From Thermodesulfobacteriota bacterium (lineage in GTDB: Bacteria > Desulfobacterota > WTBG01 > JAGOGO01), in assembly GCA_026625185.1 (NCBI GenBank), contig CP113000.1, forward strand, positions 2,025,622-2,057,621: a stretch of DNA of 32,000 bases, in the 5' to 3' direction. The notes under the pieces were generated by a model. The model had not been told where the DNA came from and did no database searches. It saw only the letters and a program-made list of their open reading frames with translations. Below, piece by piece: positions 9,806 to 14,609 of this stretch. Each line of letters begins with the position of its first letter. Positions within the stretch are counted from its first letter, which is position 1. The translations under genes and the position numbers were made by a program.

Positions 9806-10101
9806 TACGCCTCTATTTCATCTATTCGCAATAATCTATGTTTCTCGAAAACAGTCAGGATATCAAGGTGTTTTCCATTGATTCGGTAGACGATTCGATA
9901 TTTTCTAAAAATCAGCTCTCTTATATCGGGGTTGGCAATTTCCGGGACGGTTCTTCCACTAAGAGGATTGTCAGACAAGGACTCTGTGTGCTCAATGATC
10001 TGGTCAACAAATTTTCTCGCTCGATCGGGACTGTCCTGCGATATGAAATCCTCAATCTCGAACAATCGCAACAAAGCTTCATGCGTCCATCTGATTTTCA
10101 T
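9805..10101 (-). CDS. parE: type II toxin, RelE/ParE family
   Basis: ~98 aa: MKIRWTHEALLRLFEIEDFISQDSPDRARKFVDQIIE...YRIVYRINGKHLDILTVFEKHRLL. This is typical ParE/plasmid-stabilisation toxin architecture. The start overlaps the upstream antitoxin stop. Confidence 0.85.
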   Translation of the reverse strand: MKIRWTHEALLRLFEIEDFISQDSPDRARKFVDQIIEHTESLSDNPLSGRTVPEIANPDIRELIFRKYRIVYRINGKHLDILTVFEKHRLLRIDEIEA

Positions 10102-10382
10102 CACCTGCTTCTTCTATCAATCAATGTCGCCTTGAGTTCTTTGGTGCTGTATACATTTCCGGTTTCAGTATCCGCCATCCCTCTTCCGACAGAATCAAGA
10201 AACTCTTTTTTGTAAACCAGTTCATCATAGTCACTGGGGGAGAGGAGAACTCCGGCGGGTTTCCCGTTCTGTGTTATAATCAATGGATGTCCGGCTTTTT
10301 GAATGCTCTTGAACCATTTAGAGATGCCCGTTTTAAATTCTGCGATGGGAACAATATCATTTGAAATTGAAATGGTTTTCAT
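10101..10382 (-). CDS. type II antitoxin, Phd/YefM family
   Basis: 93 aa: MKTISISNDIVPIAEFKTGISKWFKSIQKAGHPLIITQNGKPAGVLLSPSDYDELV. This is the Phd/YefM N-terminal fold signature. RBS AAGGAG upstream; translationally coupled to parE. Confidence 0.85.
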   Translation of the reverse strand: MKTISISNDIVPIAEFKTGISKWFKSIQKAGHPLIITQNGKPAGVLLSPSDYDELVYKKEFLDSVGRGMADTETGNVYSTKELKATLIDRRSR

Positions 10383-10402
10383 GCGGTAACTCCTTATTTT
10401 GG

Positions 10403-10447
10403 TATATTTAATGGTCTAAATATAGGCCAAAATAACGAGTAAATCAA
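10403..10447 (-). promoter_or_regulatory. promoter plus palindromic operator of the phd-parE operon
   Basis: On the minus strand: TTGATT (10447..10442), a 17-nt spacer, then TATATT (10424..10419). The inverted repeat TATATTTA-N6-TAAATATA (10403..10424) overlaps the -10, the usual layout for TA autoregulation. Confidence 0.5.
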
Positions 10448-10556
10448 GTTTTTTTCACACAACAATATTTATATGTATTTTGTATAAAAACCTTAAGACC
10501 GGGCGGGTGGCCTTTTTAAGGCCAAAGAAATAATTTTCAGATATTCTGCCTAGGGA

Positions 10557-10584
10557 AAACCCTTGTGGTTGCCCTTGATGCCGG
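10557..10584. repeat. GC-rich repeat unit downstream of the RHH antitoxin gene
   Basis: AAAACCCTTGTGGTTGCCCTTGATGCCGG. A direct-repeat partner lies at 10917..10944 and an inverted relative at 9775..9795 (TCAGGGCAACCACAGGGGG). Confidence 0.65.
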
Positions 10585-10590
10585 AAATAC

Positions 10591-10875
10591 TTAAGCTCTT
10601 TTTTTTTCGGTTAAATAGCCTGAGACGTATTTATGGATTATGCTGGATATCAGCGTTTGATAGGGAATTCCCTCTTGCGCCGCGATGACCTGTACTTGGT
10701 CCAAATCCTTTGATGACATTCTAATATTTATCCTCTTGTCTTTTTGCAGGGTATTCCTTGCGTATTCTTGCAGTTTCCTGATTTCCGCCTTCGGATTTTT
10801 GACAAGCTTCCATTCATCACGCTCGTAGGACTCTAAAATATCTTTTTCTTCTGCGTCTAATACTGCTTTTTTCAT
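10591..10875 (-). CDS. orphan ribbon-helix-helix (CopG-like) antitoxin
   Basis: From the ATG at 10875 the product is MKKAVLDAEEKDILESYERDEWKLVKNPKAEIRK...KRINIRMSSKDLDQVQVIAAQEGIPYQTLISSIIHKYVSGYL, the typical CopG/RHH antitoxin pattern. The tracked TTG start at 10953 adds 26 aa that are encoded by a repeat unit. No toxin gene is adjacent. Confidence 0.75.
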   Translation of the reverse strand: MKKAVLDAEEKDILESYERDEWKLVKNPKAEIRKLQEYARNTLQKDKRINIRMSSKDLDQVQVIAAQEGIPYQTLISSIIHKYVSGYLTEKKRA

Positions 10876-10916
10876 TTTTGAGACCTCATAAAAATTTGGA
10901 AATTTCTCCCAATCCA

Positions 10917-10944
10917 GAAAAATCCTGCGGTTGTCCCTGATGCC
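10917..10944. repeat. GC-rich repeat unit upstream of the RHH antitoxin gene
   Basis: AAAAATCCTGCGGTTGTCCCTGATGCC is a direct repeat of 10557..10584, with about three-quarters of positions identical by hand alignment. Confidence 0.6.
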
Positions 10945-11083
10945 TTGAGTCAAGAGGCTAATTTTTTAGTAAAGAGGGGCCGGGGGAGTTTGTCAACTAC
11001 ACGGATAGATCGCCATGTCGCAAATTGAAATCAAAACCTTGTTTTTTTTCCGATGTCCGGGGCTGACCCTGTGGGGTTCCGTT

Positions 11084-11108
11084 CCCTTGCCCAGGCCACC
11101 CGCCGCCC
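11084..11108. repeat. cassette-end motif CCCTTGCCCAGGCCACCCGCCGCCC
   Basis: It lies 15 nt downstream (minus sense) of the HExxH gene stop. A near-identical motif lies at 12665..12690, an inverted core GGGCGGGTGGCC at 10501..10512, and a related CAGGCCACC at 9727..9735. Confidence 0.65.
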
Positions 11109-11122
11109 TTGTTATGAGCTGA

Positions 11123-11707
11123 TTATCTATACCTTTGAAAAAGCGATGCCACACTGGCCCATATAGCATCGGTTTCCCGTCTTATAAATTCAACAACGCT
11201 GTCAGGAAGACTTTGACGATCGAAACCCTCCTGAAGTGTATATGCCATTTGTTCCAAAGGACAATTTCGATAGTCAGATTGCATAAGACCTAGGCCGTAG
11301 GCCAGCAAGAAATCATCTACCCCCAGCCGGTCCCATTGGATAACATGAACCAGTTCGTGAAAAAGAAGGCTCTCTGTAGAATGCTGGATGTGACTGACAA
11401 AAACCGTGTCTTTGTAAGTAATACCTGCTTTGGGTATTTTTTCCATTTGTGCTAATTCAGGCAGACCCATACGGCTGAGCGGAGGAAAAGGCACCTTTCC
11501 GTTGACAACAACTGTTTTTGCACTCTTCAGTAGATTAAGCGGGAACACTTTGCCAAGCCGAGGAAAACCGAGGTTGATCACGGGAACAGCATGGTCGAGA
11601 TTCTCTGCTAATGTCTTTTCAATCCACTCCCGAATAACAGGCAGATTAGAATGGAACTTACGTATGAGGTCAAGGTATTCCATAATTTGATTTTTTCCGC
11701 TCGACAC
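11123..11707 (-). CDS. HExxH-motif protein, putative zinc metallopeptidase (DUF4157-like motif context)
   Basis: 186-194 aa; the start is GTG at 11707 or ATG at 11683. It has a single motif, AGITYKDTVFVSHIQHSTESLLFHELVHVIQWDRLG, resembling the HELxHVxQ core of DUF4157/PF13699, and a possible downstream Glu ligand (PLEQMAY). No signal peptide. It lies 30 nt downstream of the TIR-like gene on the same strand. Confidence 0.55.
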   Translation of the reverse strand: MSSGKNQIMEYLDLIRKFHSNLPVIREWIEKTLAENLDHAVPVINLGFPRLGKVFPLNLLKSAKTVVVNGKVPFPPLSRMGLPELAQMEKIPKAGITYKDTVFVSHIQHSTESLLFHELVHVIQWDRLGVDDFLLAYGLGLMQSDYRNCPLEQMAYTLQEGFDRQSLPDSVVEFIRRETDAIWASVASLFQRYR

Positions 11708-11737
11708 GGATTTATCCGCGTTCGGTTGAGTATTATG

Positions 11738-12535
11738 TTATATTACCTTATTCATGTCTATTTCGAAGTTGGCAGCCTTGAGCTCTCTCGCCAATCGCAT
11801 CTTCCATCCTTCACCGTGGTCCATTTTTTCATACACCAGTCCAAATACATCAGATGGAAGTTCAAGGTCTCCTTTGGTGAGAACTAGTGTCTTATCCCTA
11901 CCCAGTTTCGATGCAAGATACCCTAGTTCAAGAATTACGTTCTGACGGGCTCTCAGCCTTGCTTCGGATTCTCCATTCACAGGATAACCTTTATCATCTG
12001 GAGTCATGAGAACGACAGCAAATGCTGCGCGATCAGCGAAAACTTCAAATTTCTCAAGCACGGTCATCCCTTTGTTGATCTGCTCTTGAAGAATAACAGG
12101 CTCTATTCCGAGCCTTTCTAAAAAACGTGCAACCGATTGCTTCGCACCTTCGTCATGCCCATGAACGATAAAGACGGAATTTTTTTTGGGAAGTTCGTTT
12201 TCGATTTCCTTTACACTGAAGCGTTCAACTGTGAATACCCCTTCAGTTTCTATCTCCGACTTCCATCTTCCAGTAATCTTGTTTTCCGATTCAATGACTC
12301 CAATCGCATGCACTTTCCCAAGAGGCAGTCCATGAGGATTCTTGCCAGGAAGTAGATTAAAGGAAATATTATTTCCAACAGTTCCTTCAATTGAGTATTC
12401 GTATTGCCCCAGTGCTGGTTCATGTATTTTCCCAATGCCGAAAATCCGATTGTCTATCTGCTTAATATCAAGAGTGATACCACCCGAGTTTGTGCCGCTT
12501 ATTGTTCCAGTCCAGTATCCTGTTAAATTTTTCAT
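11738..12535 (-). CDS. TIR-like domain protein (COG4271 / PF10137, Cap12-PycTIR class) with an uncharacterised N-terminal domain
   Basis: 265 aa. Residues ~120-265 read SVFIVHGHDEGAKQSVARFLERLGIEPVILQEQINKGMTVLEKFE...AVVLMTPDDKG...RARQNVILELGYLASKLGRDKTLVLTKGDLELPSDVFGLVYEKMD..GWKMRLARELKAANF, which matches the hallmark blocks of the TIR-like nucleotide-binding family. Residues 1-115 (GYWTGTISGTNSGGITLDIKQ...GRWKSEIETEGVFTVERF) are Gly/Thr-rich, look beta-rich, and match no family I recognise. Confidence 0.75.
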   Translation of the reverse strand: MKNLTGYWTGTISGTNSGGITLDIKQIDNRIFGIGKIHEPALGQYEYSIEGTVGNNISFNLLPGKNPHGLPLGKVHAIGVIESENKITGRWKSEIETEGVFTVERFSVKEIENELPKKNSVFIVHGHDEGAKQSVARFLERLGIEPVILQEQINKGMTVLEKFEVFADRAAFAVVLMTPDDKGYPVNGESEARLRARQNVILELGYLASKLGRDKTLVLTKGDLELPSDVFGLVYEKMDHGEGWKMRLARELKAANFEIDMNKVI

Positions 12536-12664
12536 TCTTATATCCTTTCTATCAGCAATATTGCACCAAAAGTAAAAGCACCCAATAGGGTCGTGTCTAC
12601 ACTTTTACGAAATAATAAATTGGCATCTTTGCAATGGGTAGACCTGATCCCCATGCCTTCTTGA

Positions 12665-12690
12665 CCCTTGTCCAGGCCACCTGCCCGATC
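12665..12690. repeat. cassette-end motif CCCTTGTCCAGGCCACCTGCCCGATC
   Basis: It lies 28 nt downstream (minus sense) of the higA stop and matches 11084..11105 at 20 of 22 positions. Confidence 0.65.
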
Positions 12691-12717
12691 GGCTGAAAGA
12701 ACACCGTTGGAGTGGCC

Positions 12718-13002
12718 TTAAGCGGCAACATGTTTAATATGTTCATAAACAGTCTCATCAATCCGGCTGATCTCCCAGTTGTTTTGCAAGTTCAGCCAAA
12801 ACTGAGGGCCGCCACCCAAGACCTTTGAGAGCTTCAATGCCATTTCTGCGCTTATGCCTCGCTTACCACGACATATTTCATTAATTGTTTTCGGTAACAC
12901 CCCGATATGTTTTGCGAGCGCCGATTGAGTCAGGCTAACCTCGTCAAGTTCATCTTTCAGCACTTCGCCGGGATGAACAGGGGTGTAATGTGATTTCTTC
13001 AT
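12718..13002 (-). CDS. higA: HigA-family antitoxin (XRE helix-turn-helix)
   Basis: 94 aa: HPGEVLKDELDEVSLTQSALAKHIGVLPKTINEICRGKRGISAEMALKLSKVLGGGPQFWLNLQNNWEI. This is the canonical HigA/VapI sequence pattern. Confidence 0.9.
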   Translation of the reverse strand: MKKSHYTPVHPGEVLKDELDEVSLTQSALAKHIGVLPKTINEICRGKRGISAEMALKLSKVLGGGPQFWLNLQNNWEISRIDETVYEHIKHVAA

Positions 13003-13019
13003 TTTTTAGGCTACGTTAA

Positions 13020-13073
13020 TTAATGGTAGTCAAGAATCTCGACATCTACCGCGTTTTCTTCTTCCCATTTAAA
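13020..13073 (-). pseudogene. higB: higB toxin remnant (last ~17 codons only)
   Basis: The minus strand reads FKWEEENAVDVEILDYH*, ending 17 nt upstream of the higA ATG. This matches the conserved HigB C-terminus (..F.FE.GNA.DVD..DYH). The reading frame is cut off at 13071 by the T-run of a repeat module. Confidence 0.7.
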
Positions 13074-13240
13074 ACAAAAAAAGACCCATCGCCTTTATTT
13101 CCGGTGATTCGGCCTTATTATTTTATCAATTTTAAAAACCCATTTCATTAATGCCACTCTTTTTATGTATCCCGATTATCTTTATGTGGAGTTGATATTA
13201 TTCTCTTTTTTAATCCCGACGAAGATAAAAATCAACAAGA
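13071..13240 (-). repeat. copy A of a ~165-bp repeat module with promoter-like and terminator-like ends on the minus strand (sRNA candidate)
   Basis: By hand alignment roughly four-fifths of positions match 24498..24665. Minus strand: TTGATT (13235..13230), 17 nt, TAAAAA (13212..13207), about 120 nt, an imperfect hairpin GGCCGAAUCACC...GGCGAUGGGUC, then U7GU4 (13082..13071). Confidence 0.75.
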
Positions 13241-13317
13241 AAAGAAGTCGAAAAGTCGAAGGGGCAAAAGTTTTACCCTGACCGTTCGTTAAACTCACGG
13301 TGACAAAGGGTGTCCCC

Positions 13318-13378
13318 CTGAGCTTGTCGAAGGGTGAACATAACTCATTGATAATTTGTCATGCTTCGACAGGCTCAG
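13318..13378. repeat. inverted repeat CTGAGCTTGTCGAAG / CTTCGACAGGCTCAG
   Basis: The arms at 13318..13332 and 13364..13378 are complementary at 14 of 15 positions. Confidence 0.6.
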
Positions 13379-13520
13379 CATGACAAACCCGCGAATTTTA
13401 CTTTTTACGAATTCATCCTTTCGTGGGGACAATTCAATCTTTTGTTTGAAAATAAGAGTTTTTTTAGTAAAATACCCCCATACTAATGCAGAAAATAACA
13501 CTTGCATAAATTCCGAGGCC

Positions 13521-13598
13521 GTCATTTCCGCCCCGTATCAGATACGGGGCGGAAATCCAGCCCAAAAACACTGGATTCCGGGTCAAGCCCGGAATGAC
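13521..13598. repeat. composite nested-palindrome element
   Basis: Outer arms GTCATTTCC...GGAATGAC. A perfect 14-bp hairpin TTTCCGCCCCGTAT-CAG-ATACGGGGCGGAAA (13525..13555). An inner pair GGAAATCCAG...CTGGATTCC. A second hairpin ATTCCGGG-TCAAG-CCCGGAAT (13575..13595). Confidence 0.7.
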
Positions 13599-13645
13599 AA
13601 ATAAAGCAAAGATATTTCTGAGTCACTACCCTATGAGTTTTATAA

Positions 13646-14329
13646 GTGATGAATGAAGTAATCGCCGTTATTGAAGATGAGCCGGATATCATCGAACTGA
13701 TCTCCCTTCATCTTAAGAAAGCTGGGTTTCGGGTGGAAGGTTTTGAGACCGGAGATGGGTTTTTTAAATTTCTCCCTAAGAGAATACCGGATCTGGTGAT
13801 CCTGGATTTAATGCTGCCGGATGCTGATGGTTTGGAAATTTGCAAGTTCCTTAAAAAGAAAGATGAGTTTTCGGCAATCCCGGTCATCATGGTGACCGCC
13901 AAGGGAGAGGAGACGGATAAAATTTTGGGGTTAGAATTGGGAGCCGATGATTATGTCACCAAGCCTTTTTCGCCTAAGGAACTGACGGCGCGCGTAAAAG
14001 CAGTGTTGAGGAGAAAAACCCAAAAGGAGGAAGCCAAGGTTATTGAGATAGGTCAAATTCTTTCCATCAATCCTGATAAATTTGAGGCTTTGGTAGAAGG
14101 ACAAAAAATAGAATTAACCTCCACTGAGTTTAGAATCTTAGAGCTTCTGGCTTCCAAAAAAGGCTGGGTTTTTACCCGTGATAAAATATTGGATTATCTG
14201 TGGGGTGATGAGAAATTAGTTTTGGATCGCACGATAGATGTGCACGTTAAAAATTTGCGCGAAAAATTAGGGAAAGCAAAGACCTTGATTAAGAACGTAC
14301 GGGGTATCGGCTATAAGGTCGAGGAATGA
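13646..14329 (+). CDS. phoB: OmpR/PhoB-family response regulator
   Basis: 227 aa with a receiver domain (DLVILDLMLPDADG, TAKGEE) and a winged-helix output domain (LTSTEFRILELL...VRGIGYKV). It sits next to a PhoR-like kinase and the pst-phoU genes. The likely true start is the ATG at 13649. Confidence 0.85.
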   Translation: MMNEVIAVIEDEPDIIELISLHLKKAGFRVEGFETGDGFFKFLPKRIPDLVILDLMLPDADGLEICKFLKKKDEFSAIPVIMVTAKGEETDKILGLELGADDYVTKPFSPKELTARVKAVLRRKTQKEEAKVIEIGQILSINPDKFEALVEGQKIELTSTEFRILELLASKKGWVFTRDKILDYLWGDEKLVLDRTIDVHVKNLREKLGKAKTLIKNVRGIGYKVEE

Positions 14330-14333
14330 AATG

Positions 14334-14600
14334 ACGGCTTCGTCAAAAGCCCATCTGCTGTGTTGCGCTGCATCCCTGCCCCGTTAAATATTCGCTTCGG
14401 GAGGCAGAAGAATCCAACGTAAGGGTTTCGGGTTCTGAGTTGCCGATCTCCGAAAATTCTTTATTTAACGGGGTGAATCATTTGCGGCGTACCGATAAGT
14501 ACGCCTCACTCCATCGGATTTGCGCGCCTTGCCTCCGAGCAAAGGCTCGAAGACAGGCATCTGGAACTTTTTACTGTGCCGCCTGAATTTTTTTTACGAC
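14334..14600 (+). repeat. copy 1 of a ~150-nt repeat family, enlarged by two nested hairpin insertions
   Basis: It aligns with 24787..24936 (ACGGCTTCGT...TTGCGCTGCATCC...AGTACGCCTCA...GGATTTGCG.GCCTTGC...CTTTTTACTGTGCCG.CTGA). Two segments are extra: 14379..14473, bounded by the perfect 12-bp inverted repeat CCCCGTTAAATA/TATTTAACGGGG, and a hairpin at ~14531..14558. Confidence 0.75.
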
Positions 14601-14609
14601 ATCAGCAAA

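Noticed and set aside
9641-13240. Integron-type cassette array (attC sites between same-strand promoterless cassettes)
   Set aside because: The layout of one repeat per cassette end is suggestive. However, I could not find RYYYAAC / GTTRRRY core pairs or the bulged attC stem in any junction. No intI gene or attI is in the window, and at least the phd-parE cassette has its own promoter and operator. It is kept as an open question in the findings, not called as an integron.
13295-13604. ORFs 13295..13525 (-) and 13356..13604 (+)
   Set aside because: Both are read-throughs of the palindromic repeat units (..LSLSKHDKL.., ..IPGQARNDK..), which are classic repeat-derived pseudo-ORFs.
14520-14609. 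N-terminal 30 aa of the tracked phoR ORF
   Set aside because: It is encoded entirely by the repeat element 14334..14600. The kinase's first transmembrane helix begins right after the ATG at 14610.
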